Of a stretch of 25,200 bases of DNA, positions 15,461 to 24,742 are shown piece by piece; positions within the stretch are counted from its first letter, which is position 1, and every line of letters begins with the position of its first letter. Origin of the DNA: a virus (taxonomy: Duplodnaviria; Caudoviricetes); the IMG/VR virus record IMGVR_UViG_3300017757_000139, positions 1-25,200 of that record, one strand, 5' to 3'. Made by a program: the position numbers and the translations under genes. The notes below the pieces were generated by a model. The model was given only the letters and a program-made list of their open reading frames with translations, did not search any database and was not told the origin of the DNA.

Positions 15461-18160
15461 TTATAAACCTATATTTTGATTGTCAGTTTCAGCAGAGCCT
15501 GTATTACCAAGACCTCCTGTGTTCTCGTTACCACCAAAAGATGGTGCTACTGCTGCAAATGTACCCAACTGTAACCATTCAATTAACTCTACTTTTGTGG
15601 GTTGGTTTTTATTTGGTTGATAGTCAACTACTTTATTTATTCTCCAATAAACACCATCTATATATACTAATTTTCTAAAATCCAAATTAATAATGTCTGT
15701 TGTTTTTAAGTCAATATAAACAGTTCTTAATCTTGGTTTTGCCTTAAACATCTCAAACATATTCTTATAATATGTTTCAAATAAACCCTTACCTGCTGCA
15801 TAAGATGTATATACTCCTGTTGCATCATCATAATCTCTTACATTAACATTACCATAAGATAGTATTGGACTTGAACTATCATCTGTATTGATTGATGTTG
15901 CTTGAGGGTATTTGTTTGATGTTACAGAAGTGTTGGCTGCATCTGCCAATATAAACCCAAATGTATTAGCCCAAGTTTGAACCTTTGCTAGTTTAATATC
16001 AAAACCTACTGCTACAGAAGGTGGTGAGTATTTATTCCAATATAATAATCTTGGTAAAAATTCATAGCCTTTATCTGGTCTATAAGTATCATTTGCACCT
16101 GGCGTTCCTTCCCATAAACAAGCAGAAAATGCTGTGTCTATTTGTCCACCTGTAGTATCTTGGTCTTTAGTATTATGTGTTCCTGCAAAGAATGGGTTTT
16201 CATATTTACTTTCACCCTTCTCAAAAGTTGCAGGTAGTGTTTCTTGATATGGATATTCATCTTTTATTCCATTAAACAACACCTCACCTCTCTGTTCAAC
16301 TTTCTTGTCTTTGCTATCTGGTTTATATTTAAAAACAACATCTCTTTTTAAGTCGCTTTGAATCCACTTATCCTGTATTTGTTTACTTCTATCTAATTTA
16401 TAAGTCCAATCTATTGCATCAGCATAATCCTTATAAAAAGTATTAAATGGTTCTATATTTACAGTCTTAGTAGTTTCATCAGTAGTCATTTTAAGATTAA
16501 ATGCGTGTGCAATACCTTTAACAAAATCAATCTGTTTGTAATCTTTATTAATTACTTTATCTAAATCATAAGTTTGACCATAATCAACTACTTGAGAGTT
16601 AAGAGTAATATCAAGATTACTAGAACTTGAAGAACGAATAAAAGTACTAATATTAAAGATTTGAGAGTTTACGCCTGAGTCAGAAATCATGGTTTCAAAT
16701 TTAAAACCTGCTGTAAATCTTATTTTATCCCCCTTATTAAACCAAAAATTATTATCAACACTAGGCATTAATTCATAATTAGTAATAACACTATTATCTT
16801 CATTGGTTTTGCTAGAATTAGGGAATAGAACTTTAAATGGCGTTTGTTCTATCTCAGTCCTTTCTATTGTTTTCCATCCTGTTGTAATAGACTGACCAAC
16901 AGTTAATACATCAATATTTATACATAATTTGACTTTTGAAGCACCCCTTTGGCTAGAGCCTCCTTTTATCATATTAGATAATCTTGATTCTATCCCATTT
17001 AATTTTATATCATAATAACCATACTCTCCTATTGTTATGTAATCGTTACTCATATCTACATAACTTGTTCCTAAAGTTACATTTAAGTTTAAAGTGCTTA
17101 ATGGAATAAGTTTCGTTCCTGTTGAACCTTGAACAGTTGGTTCGCCAATATAATTATCATCACCTTCATTAAAAGTAACACCACCAAAATATGTGTCAAA
17201 TATACCACTATCAGTAACTGTTGATATTACTCCACCTTCTCTATAATCAGTTGCACTTAAACTTTCTCCATTTTTAAAGTTACTTTCTACAGAATACTCA
17301 TCATATTGTTCTTCAGCATTATTATATTTAAAATTAGGTAATAACCATACCAACTTCTTAAACATATCTGTTTCCATAAAAGTTGAATTTATACTATAAC
17401 CAACTTGACTAAATATCTTTTCTAATGTATCTTTAACAAAAACTGCAGGTCGCCAATCTGCAGATGGTAGAGGTGTTCCATAACTATTGCCTGAATTATC
17501 AAACCCATAATAACCAATTTTAGTTGCAGTAGTTGGCAAAGCATCTGCAAAAGTATCTAAAAGTTGTATTGTTTTCGGCTCTCCATCAGGATTGTAATCT
17601 CCATAAGACACTATTGGATATACTATTGGAGATGTAGATGAATCACAATTTTCATCTTGCCAAGTAGTCATAATTTTAGTTTTATTATACTCTAAGTTCT
17701 GACCATTAACACCCCAATTTAACTCATTCATATATTTATTAGATATATCATCAGCCCAACTTAGATTACTCCCAAAAAATACACAATCATAATAAGATGG
17801 TGTTTCTCCATAACCACCAACTCCTGTAACTTTAATTAATCCTTTTATAGAAAAAAGATTATTAACAAGTATTCTACATTTTTTATTCTCAGTAAGATTT
17901 ACATCAGTATCTATATTTGGAGTATAAGTGTTTTTTAATAACTTATTATTATTCTTTGTAGCAGGTATTTTAAATGTTTTACTATAATCACCACTTGTTG
18001 AAGTTAATTCTTTTATATCTGATATTTGGAATGTCATTGCTAGAGGGAATTCAGAATGGTCAGTTACATCCAACTCACCCACAACACTCTTTTCCCAATC
18101 AATAACAGTATTGGTAGCATCAGTATATTTATAATCTAGTATCTCAACTTTTACCGACAT
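15461..18160 (-). CDS. Large tail tip/hub protein
   Basis: 899 aa with N-terminal FQISDIKELTSTSGDYSKTFKIPATKNN, central QIDFVKGIAHAFNL ... IDWTYKLD and C-terminal LDFRKLVYIDGVYWRINKVVDY, a typical siphophage tail-tip architecture. Confidence 0.75.
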   Translation of the reverse strand: MSVKVEILDYKYTDATNTVIDWEKSVVGELDVTDHSEFPLAMTFQISDIKELTSTSGDYSKTFKIPATKNNNKLLKNTYTPNIDTDVNLTENKKCRILVNNLFSIKGLIKVTGVGGYGETPSYYDCVFFGSNLSWADDISNKYMNELNWGVNGQNLEYNKTKIMTTWQDENCDSSTSPIVYPIVSYGDYNPDGEPKTIQLLDTFADALPTTATKIGYYGFDNSGNSYGTPLPSADWRPAVFVKDTLEKIFSQVGYSINSTFMETDMFKKLVWLLPNFKYNNAEEQYDEYSVESNFKNGESLSATDYREGGVISTVTDSGIFDTYFGGVTFNEGDDNYIGEPTVQGSTGTKLIPLSTLNLNVTLGTSYVDMSNDYITIGEYGYYDIKLNGIESRLSNMIKGGSSQRGASKVKLCINIDVLTVGQSITTGWKTIERTEIEQTPFKVLFPNSSKTNEDNSVITNYELMPSVDNNFWFNKGDKIRFTAGFKFETMISDSGVNSQIFNISTFIRSSSSSNLDITLNSQVVDYGQTYDLDKVINKDYKQIDFVKGIAHAFNLKMTTDETTKTVNIEPFNTFYKDYADAIDWTYKLDRSKQIQDKWIQSDLKRDVVFKYKPDSKDKKVEQRGEVLFNGIKDEYPYQETLPATFEKGESKYENPFFAGTHNTKDQDTTGGQIDTAFSACLWEGTPGANDTYRPDKGYEFLPRLLYWNKYSPPSVAVGFDIKLAKVQTWANTFGFILADAANTSVTSNKYPQATSINTDDSSSPILSYGNVNVRDYDDATGVYTSYAAGKGLFETYYKNMFEMFKAKPRLRTVYIDLKTTDIINLDFRKLVYIDGVYWRINKVVDYQPNKNQPTKVELIEWLQLGTFAAVAPSFGGNENTGGLGNTGSAETDNQNIGL

Positions 18161-18163
18161 ATA

Positions 18164-19951
18164 TTAGTTTCTTTGTGTTATTACTTTATGTGCTAAAGTA
18201 TATTCAATATTAAATTTAACTAAACCTGCTTCTTGATTAACAGTTTCAACATCACTATTTGTAATGATTACAGGTATGTATTCTTTATCTGATGGTCGTA
18301 AGTATGGATTTCTTGTATTACCCATCTCTGTAGCCTCTGTGTCCATCTCTATCCAAACATTAGGTGATAACATCATTTCTTCTAACCATTTTGATACACT
18401 TTTATTTAAAGGCTCTGTATAAACACTTTGTACTCTTTCTGCATTTACATTAGAAACCTCTCTACCTCCTTTGTATATATCACCACCCCTCATTGTGTCT
18501 GAATGGTAAAGTGAAGTGTCAAATATTGTATCATTATTATTTTTTTGACCCTGATACCAAGTTCTATCACCACTTTTTCTTTCAATTACATCTCTACTTA
18601 TTGTTAATCCTTCAACTACATCTCTTTTTGCAGTATAACTATCAATACCACCAACAGAGTTTAACCAATGAAATCTAACAAATCCATAAGCATTTTTTTC
18701 ATCTTCTCTATCTATAGTATAATATCTGTATTTTGATGTTCTTCTTTCGGTGTACGGACTCCACATAGCAAATCTTGACATACTAACTCTGTAATAAGCA
18801 GTATTTGATGTTATTTTATTACCTGTATATGTATTCCAATAAGGGTAGTTTGATGGACTATTAGTAGGTGATTTTTTACTAAGACCAATAAGATTTGTAG
18901 TGTTATTTATATAATATGGCGAAACATTCTGAACAAACATTGCGTTTTGATATTCCTCTGGTGTTACATAACCATTATTACTATTGTCAGTTATAATATT
19001 ATCTTCAAAATCTCTTAGATAAAATTGATTTTCAGCAGTACCATCTGCTAAGAATGTTTCAACATATAACCCAACAGTACCAACTGTGTCATCTCCTGTT
19101 ATTATACTTGTAGAACGAATATTTCTGATATAAAACTGTAAATATTCTGCCTGTTCATCTATTCTGATTGGTTTTTGAAAATGATAAGTTAGTGGTGATG
19201 AATCTGTAGAGTTTGGACATCTACTTAGGAATTTATATTTATTACTTGAACTAGTACTCATGTTATAACTTGAGTTATAAAACAAACTATCTTTCTCAAA
19301 CTGATTAACTGAGTTTATAACAGTAATAGTGTTTGATGTACCACCACCTGTTGCACTGACAATCTCACCATCACCATTTATTATTTCATAGTTTACTGAT
19401 ACTTTTAAAAGTCTGTAAGTTCCATTCCTAGAAACATTATACCTGCTTACTGGAGTACCCATTGCGCCACCAGATGCACCAAGAACATTATCTTGCATAG
19501 TTAATCCACCATTCATACCTCCATAATAATTACTTTGCCAAGTTCCTTTATTTATTGGACATAAACTATAAGAAAGTTCATTTGAAACTAATTGACTAAT
19601 ATCTACTGTAAATCTATGACCTAAAGGCTGACTTCCATCATCATATTTCTTATTTGCTATATCTCTTGACTTTTTAATACTACCTAACTCTTGCCAATAC
19701 CCATCACCAACAGTTGTTTCAACCTTAAAAATAACATTTACTACATCACCACTGTTACTTGAAAAATTACCAGAAGAAGGTTCTGTTCCTTCAGTAACTC
19801 CTGCAGATGTCCAAAGAACTTGATACCTTAATGGGTCATTTACACTTTTAAGATAATTACTTCTATAATCCCAAAAAGAACCTGCTAGGTTTGAATTAAA
19901 CCAATCTAATGGTTGTATTTGCCAACTTACTGTTCCGTTTATCCCTGCCAT
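18164..19951 (-). CDS. Tail protein (distal-tail-like)
   Basis: 595 aa. The C-terminal domain WLNSVGGIDSY ... WLEEMMLSPNVW ... FNIEY is typical of the gene preceding the tail-tip protein in Bacteroidota siphophages. Confidence 0.65.
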   Translation of the reverse strand: MAGINGTVSWQIQPLDWFNSNLAGSFWDYRSNYLKSVNDPLRYQVLWTSAGVTEGTEPSSGNFSSNSGDVVNVIFKVETTVGDGYWQELGSIKKSRDIANKKYDDGSQPLGHRFTVDISQLVSNELSYSLCPINKGTWQSNYYGGMNGGLTMQDNVLGASGGAMGTPVSRYNVSRNGTYRLLKVSVNYEIINGDGEIVSATGGGTSNTITVINSVNQFEKDSLFYNSSYNMSTSSSNKYKFLSRCPNSTDSSPLTYHFQKPIRIDEQAEYLQFYIRNIRSTSIITGDDTVGTVGLYVETFLADGTAENQFYLRDFEDNIITDNSNNGYVTPEEYQNAMFVQNVSPYYINNTTNLIGLSKKSPTNSPSNYPYWNTYTGNKITSNTAYYRVSMSRFAMWSPYTERRTSKYRYYTIDREDEKNAYGFVRFHWLNSVGGIDSYTAKRDVVEGLTISRDVIERKSGDRTWYQGQKNNNDTIFDTSLYHSDTMRGGDIYKGGREVSNVNAERVQSVYTEPLNKSVSKWLEEMMLSPNVWIEMDTEATEMGNTRNPYLRPSDKEYIPVIITNSDVETVNQEAGLVKFNIEYTLAHKVITQRN

Positions 19952-19954
19952 ATC

Positions 19955-21160
19955 TTAATATATTTTATATTTATAATTTAAGTAACCTACTACTGCATCT
20001 TTTTCATCATTTGATAATGTTCTATTGTACATAATAATTTCTTGTACTTTACCATCTAAATGTCTGGTTTCAATTAATGAAGGAGGAGTAAGTCCATTAG
20101 AAGTCAAGGAACATCCAATTTTGAACTTTTTTGTATTCCATTGTGTTGTAGGTGTGAAAAAGTTTATATTGTACACTGTGTTGGAGGGATATTGCCAATC
20201 TGCACTTAGGTAGTCGTATATTATTTGTACATTTTGATACCTCAGAACACTAATATGAGGCTTACCTAAGTCAGAAAGTGTATTTGGTAGAACTTTAGAT
20301 AATTCTTGAGAGCCATTTTTCATATAAAAATTATAATAACCTGATGAATTTGTACCCATCTCAATTATTCTATCATTAGTTAAATCATGATACCCAAAAA
20401 CAGCGTTATCAACTTTATTTATCTGACTAACCTCAAATATTGTAAAATTCTTATTATTTGTACTTGTTACAAAATTGTTGTCTGAAATAAAACTGTCATT
20501 TGTGCCATCAAAATTAAAATATGCTTTACCATTAGCCCCACCATACCCTTCTCTTAATGGTTGATTTGCTGTTGTTGCTTGAGTCATATTACTACCCCAT
20601 TGAGAACCTGATTGGTCAGCCCAAGCACTCACTCTTTTAGATGCTATATCAAATGTAGCAGCACTATCTGATTTTAACCATTCTGTTAAATCAGAATAAT
20701 CTGATGGGTAGTTAGATACAGGTCTGAAGCATTTAGTAAACGCACTCATAGTGAATGTTAATTTTATTTGCACCAATCTATCGTTTGCTACTTCTTTAAC
20801 TCTCTCTATAGCAATACTCTCATCTTCTAAGTATGCTTCTACATTTACATCTTGATAATTTTTAAGCACCATATCTAGCCACTCATTAGCCAAATCTTGT
20901 AAATTATCCCATCTCTTTTGAAGTGTAACTACTGATTGAGCATCTTGAGAGTATAAATTATAGAAGTTTATTTCAAATGTATATTCCTCTCTACCATTAT
21001 ATACTACAGGTATAGTTGATTCAGGTGGTTCAACTAGCATTAATGGGTACTGAGTGTCATGGTCTTGGTTTACTTCACTTTCGTAACCAAATTTCACATC
21101 ACCATAAGTCCATTTGCTGTCAAATACTGTTATTATGTCTGTTAATCTTGTTATTGCCAT
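19955..21160 (-). CDS. Putative tail terminator-like domain fused to a LamG-like domain
   Basis: The N-terminal ~145 aa has TQYPLMLVEP and an acidic alpha/beta pattern. The C-terminal ~250 aa has WLKSD, VSAWADQSG, QATTANQP, FDGTND and LDGKVQEIIMYNRTLS. Confidence 0.6.
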   Translation of the reverse strand: MAITRLTDIITVFDSKWTYGDVKFGYESEVNQDHDTQYPLMLVEPPESTIPVVYNGREEYTFEINFYNLYSQDAQSVVTLQKRWDNLQDLANEWLDMVLKNYQDVNVEAYLEDESIAIERVKEVANDRLVQIKLTFTMSAFTKCFRPVSNYPSDYSDLTEWLKSDSAATFDIASKRVSAWADQSGSQWGSNMTQATTANQPLREGYGGANGKAYFNFDGTNDSFISDNNFVTSTNNKNFTIFEVSQINKVDNAVFGYHDLTNDRIIEMGTNSSGYYNFYMKNGSQELSKVLPNTLSDLGKPHISVLRYQNVQIIYDYLSADWQYPSNTVYNINFFTPTTQWNTKKFKIGCSLTSNGLTPPSLIETRHLDGKVQEIIMYNRTLSNDEKDAVVGYLNYKYKIY

Positions 21161-21162
21161 TA

Positions 21163-21483
21163 TTACAATGTTATATTATTTTTATTATGTATTTTCTCTT
21201 GAACAGCAATTTCATAGTCATTTTTAGCAGTATTCCAACTTAAATAAGTTAAAACCTTGTATAAATCTGTTTTCTTCACACTATCTATGTCGTTTTCACC
21301 ATTCACTCTAAATATCCCCTTTTCTGCAACCATATATAAACTATTAAGCCAACCATAAGGTTTTATGAACTTGTTGTAGAGTCCAACTGTAGAAACTCTA
21401 TTTTTGCCTCCTCCACTTCTTCCTCTGTTTTCCCCAAAAACATTTGGAAAGTCCTTGTTAATTTTACGCTTTGCATTGTCAAA
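21163..21483 (-). CDS. Tail assembly chaperone, -1 frameshift extension (gpT-like)
   Basis: The -1 frame is open from the T9 run (21489-21481) to stop 21163, 2 nt before the next ATG; contains YGWLNSLYMVA ... VLTYLSW. Confidence 0.7.
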   Translation of the reverse strand, partial: FDNAKRKINKDFPNVFGENRGRSGGGKNRVSTVGLYNKFIKPYGWLNSLYMVAEKGIFRVNGENDIDSVKKTDLYKVLTYLSWNTAKNDYEIAVQEKIHNKNNITL

Positions 21484-22043
21484 AAAAAACTGAATTCCCA
21501 TACGAAATCCATTGTCAATTCTTTAAACTTTTCAGTTTTGGCAGGTATTGCATCATCATCATATTCCTCATCAGCCCTTCTGCAAAGTATTGCCATTTGC
21601 TCTGGTAATACATCAAACCTCCCATGTTTCATTATTTCTATTGTACTCTCTAAGTGAGTTGATTCAATATAATCTCCAAATGTGTTTCTTCTTAGAAATT
21701 CTTTTGGAAATAGATACTCCTCACCTTCAAATTCAAATTTATCTATTCCTTTTGGCTTATATTCTTCTAATGTTTGTGAGAATATTGCTACTGCATTATT
21801 TACACTATCAACATCTAGCATATTCATCTCATTATGACTAACACCTGTAAGATATATGAAAATATCTCTATTCATCTTTAATAACTCAACTTCTGAGTGT
21901 TCTGCTTCAATAACATTACCCTCATCATCTCTTTTGTTGTACTGATTGATTATTGAGTATAATCCACACCAATATCTAAGTGTTATATCCTTCCACTCAG
22001 TTGGAATGTCATAACTTTTTTCTTGAATTTTAATTTCAACCAT
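21363..22043 (-). CDS. Tail assembly chaperone (gpG-like)
   Basis: Acidic 226 aa with IPTEWKDITL and TFGDYIE motifs; contains the slippery AGT TTT TTT TTG (S-F-F-L). Confidence 0.7.
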   Translation of the reverse strand: MVEIKIQEKSYDIPTEWKDITLRYWCGLYSIINQYNKRDDEGNVIEAEHSEVELLKMNRDIFIYLTGVSHNEMNMLDVDSVNNAVAIFSQTLEEYKPKGIDKFEFEGEEYLFPKEFLRRNTFGDYIESTHLESTIEIMKHGRFDVLPEQMAILCRRADEEYDDDAIPAKTEKFKELTMDFVWEFSFFLTMQSVKLTRTFQMFLGKTEEEVEEAKIEFLQLDSTTSS

Positions 22044-22048
22044 ATCTA

Positions 22049-22486
22049 TTAATTTTTTGTTAAATCTAAATCTAAAATATCTTGCATTATTTTTTTACTT
22101 TCTTTTTCATCTATAAGAATATCTGCAAGTTCACTTGTTGCGTTTTCGCAAATAGAACCAATTTCTTCTAAACTACTTCTCATTAGATAATCATTATCTT
22201 CATCTTTTAATGCAGTTAAATACCCAATAGCAGTATAAAACACCATATTTGGTATTAAAAAAATAAATTCTTCCAATAAAGCACCATCACCTTTCTTTTC
22301 TACCATAGTATCATGAAAATTGTTTGAATATAGGTAAACTGAGTTCATTATATCTAAAAAGTCTTGATACTTCCCTTCTCCAACATCTTCAGTTGCAAAA
22401 TACATTGCTTTCTTAATTTTTCTTAGATGCTGCTCAACAATCTTTTTATGATTGTCGTTTATGTATGATATTTCTATATTTTTCAT
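22049..22486 (-). CDS. Hypothetical protein
   Basis: 145-aa acidic helical ORF with a promoter box upstream, closely coupled to the next gene. Confidence 0.7.
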   Translation of the reverse strand: MKNIEISYINDNHKKIVEQHLRKIKKAMYFATEDVGEGKYQDFLDIMNSVYLYSNNFHDTMVEKKGDGALLEEFIFLIPNMVFYTAIGYLTALKDEDNDYLMRSSLEEIGSICENATSELADILIDEKESKKIMQDILDLDLTKN

Positions 22487-22515
22487 AATTTTCTGATAAT
22501 TTTTTTAGAATTACT

Positions 22516-22533
22516 CAAAACTACGCAAAAATA
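22516..22533 (-). promoter_or_regulatory. Tandem Bacteroidota -7 elements upstream of the tail operon
   Basis: TATTTTTG (22533-22526) and TAGTTTTG (22523-22516) lie in the 100-nt gap after terL. Confidence 0.55.
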
Positions 22534-22586
22534 GTAAATTTAGTATGAAATATTTTCACAATTTTTAAACAAACTCAAAAAAAACT

Positions 22587-24029
22587 TTAATTAAAGTAAA
22601 CTACCTTACCTCCACCACCCCATATTTCCTTATTTACAGCCATAACTAAACAATCTACCATATCATCATGTTTTGCTGCAGGAAACCTAGTAAGTTGGTC
22701 AAGAAACTCTGTATTCCAATCTCCATTAAGTAAACTAACTCTACCACTCTCAAGTGATGCACTAATATCACTAACTCTCGCTACTTTGTCTTTAGTTGGT
22801 GGTTTATCTTCTTTTATGTTAAGTCCTGTTTCTCTAACTAATGTTTGCACAATAGATTTACCTGATGCTTTAGGCTCTACAAATATTCGGCTTTTTGGAG
22901 TATATCCATTCTTTTTTACCCATTGAGGAATGAATTTAACTAATTCAGGAAATTCTTTATGCACATTAATACAATCTACTATCTGCCATTTGTTATCTTG
23001 ATAGGTATATGCTAGTAGTGCTGATGGGTCATTCTTTTGATTCGCAGTATATGCAGGGTCAATAACAAAGTTTACTGTAGCCTCATCTTTTCTATATCTA
23101 TCAATCTTAAACCAATCTTTATGAATCATACCACTATCTAGTGGTGTTGGTGTTTGTTGTAGTTGCCCTGCATAACCATAAGTACCTAATGCACTCTTAT
23201 AGTCATCTAATACCTCTTTACTAAATCTATCTTCCCAAAACAAGCCATTTTCTTGATTATAGAACTTTCCTAGTGATTTTGGTTTGATATTACCATCTTC
23301 ATTTGTTGCAGGTATGCAAATATGTTTATATTTTGTTCTTGTTTCCCTATCTAACAAGAATCCACTTAAATCTTCTTCATGCACTCTTTGCATAATTATA
23401 ATCCTCACTCCTATATCTGCTTGATTAAGTCTTGAGTAGAATGTTGTCCTATACCATTCATTAGCGTTCTCTCTTTCGGTTGCTGAGTTTGCCATTTGAG
23501 GTGATAGAGGGTCATCCACAATTAGGAAATCTCCACCCTGACCTGTTACAGTACCACCAACAGATGTTGCCCTTCTCATTCCAATATGATTATTCTCGTA
23601 TCTCTCTTTTAAGTTTTGGTCTTTCTTAATATGGAATACATCACCCCATCTTCTCTTAAACCAATCACTAAATATTATATCTCTTGATTTAGTTGCAAGT
23701 TCAATAGATAGTGCAGCAGAGTAAGAAGAAGTAATGAATCTTAGTTTAGGTGATTTTATCCAAGCCCATACTGGAAACATAACAGTAACTATTAATGATT
23801 TTGTTGAACGGAATGGTACATTAATAATTATATCTTTAGTTTTTGGCTTTTGTGCTATGATTCTCTCACATTCTTCTTGTAGAGTATCGCATATATATTT
23901 ATGATGCCAATTAGTTGATAGGGGTACGGCTGGTTCTACTACTACCCAAGCAGCCTTAAAGAACTCATAGAAACTCATCTCAGATAGTTTCTTTTCAAGT
24001 GCGAACTTTAATAATTTTTTATCAGTCAT
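22587..24029 (-). CDS. terL: Terminase large subunit
   Basis: Motifs NWHH, variant Walker A NVPFRSTKS, TGQGGD with Walker B LIVDDP, IIIMQRVHEEDL, QLQQTP, and nuclease motifs IDPA, VEPKASG and FPAAKHDDMVD. Confidence 0.95.
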   Translation of the reverse strand: MTDKKLLKFALEKKLSEMSFYEFFKAAWVVVEPAVPLSTNWHHKYICDTLQEECERIIAQKPKTKDIIINVPFRSTKSLIVTVMFPVWAWIKSPKLRFITSSYSAALSIELATKSRDIIFSDWFKRRWGDVFHIKKDQNLKERYENNHIGMRRATSVGGTVTGQGGDFLIVDDPLSPQMANSATERENANEWYRTTFYSRLNQADIGVRIIIMQRVHEEDLSGFLLDRETRTKYKHICIPATNEDGNIKPKSLGKFYNQENGLFWEDRFSKEVLDDYKSALGTYGYAGQLQQTPTPLDSGMIHKDWFKIDRYRKDEATVNFVIDPAYTANQKNDPSALLAYTYQDNKWQIVDCINVHKEFPELVKFIPQWVKKNGYTPKSRIFVEPKASGKSIVQTLVRETGLNIKEDKPPTKDKVARVSDISASLESGRVSLLNGDWNTEFLDQLTRFPAAKHDDMVDCLVMAVNKEIWGGGGKVVYFN

Positions 24030-24438
24030 CTAATTCAGTATAATCAATATCTTCTGCATCTTCAAGTCCTCTAATTTGATTTTTAATATCATCAAGTGTT
24101 GCTCCTTCAGTTAAGTTAATCTCAATCTTAGTGTCAGTATCCTTCTTAATCTCTGTAGATGATAGTTTAGGCATAGCATAGTTCATTAGTTTTGCTATTG
24201 CATCTATATATGCTCTAGGGTCTTCATCAAATAATATATCTAATGCCATCTTAATCTTTACAGGCTGTCCTTCTAATGCATAAGCAAGTGATTTACGAGT
24301 CATCTTAGCCACTTGTCTTGCCTCATTATTTTTAGGTTGTAGTGCCTTTGGAGTTTTATTATAGTTCTCATCTATCTTACCAAGTTGAGGTCTTTTCTTC
24401 CTTGCCTCACTACCTAACTTCTTATTTTCTTCTTTCAT
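24022..24438 (-). CDS. Putative terminase small subunit
   Basis: 138 aa overlapping the terL start, with a basic N-terminus and helical core (AIAKLMNYAMPKLSSTE). The call is mainly positional. Confidence 0.6.
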   Translation of the reverse strand: MKEENKKLGSEARKKRPQLGKIDENYNKTPKALQPKNNEARQVAKMTRKSLAYALEGQPVKIKMALDILFDEDPRAYIDAIAKLMNYAMPKLSSTEIKKDTDTKIEINLTEGATLDDIKNQIRGLEDAEDIDYTELDD

Positions 24439-24676
24439 TATTATATGTATCTATAAATATTGGGGTTTTTTCTCCAACATAACAATTTATTGTATTGTAG
24501 TAAAAAAAATCTTTTGCTTCTTGATAGTCCATACCATCTCTCAATAACGAATCTATACACTTATCAATATCGTAAACAACTATCACCTCTCCATCTCTTT
24601 GGCAAGTTCCAATTATAGCATCATCAAAGCCATCAGCAATTAAACAATCATTTTCTTCTAATATTTCTTTTATCAT
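24422..24676 (-). CDS. Conserved hypothetical phage protein
   Basis: ADGFDDAIIG ... VVYDIDKC ... EAKDFFYYN ... YVGEKTPIF, a family I recognise from aquatic phages; function unknown. Confidence 0.75.
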   Translation of the reverse strand: MIKEILEENDCLIADGFDDAIIGTCQRDGEVIVVYDIDKCIDSLLRDGMDYQEAKDFFYYNTINCYVGEKTPIFIDTYNNERRK

Positions 24677-24701
24677 CTTTTATAGTTTTAGTTAATTTTT
24701 C

Positions 24702-24709
24702 GCAAGATA
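24702..24709 (-). promoter_or_regulatory. Possible -7 element for the packaging operon
   Basis: TATCTTGC, a variant box about 25 nt upstream of ATG 24676. Exact TAnnTTTG boxes occur further upstream at 24804-24797 and 24954-24947. Confidence 0.4.
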
Positions 24710-24742
24710 CAAAAATTATTTAAACCACTCTCCTAATTATTA

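Noticed and set aside
3836-21160. Diversity-generating retroelement template/variable repeat pair between the two LamG-like genes
   Set aside because: The similarity is at protein-motif level only; I see no near-identical nucleotide repeat and no reverse transcriptase in the window.
454-21841. Plus-strand ORFs in the track (454, 1736, 2399, 4911, 6192, 6278, 9062, 9542, 9675, 10230, 13740, 15418, 18493, 20025, 21016, 21548)
   Set aside because: They are antisense shadows of well-supported minus-strand genes, with Ser/Phe/Leu/His-rich composition and no recognisable motifs.
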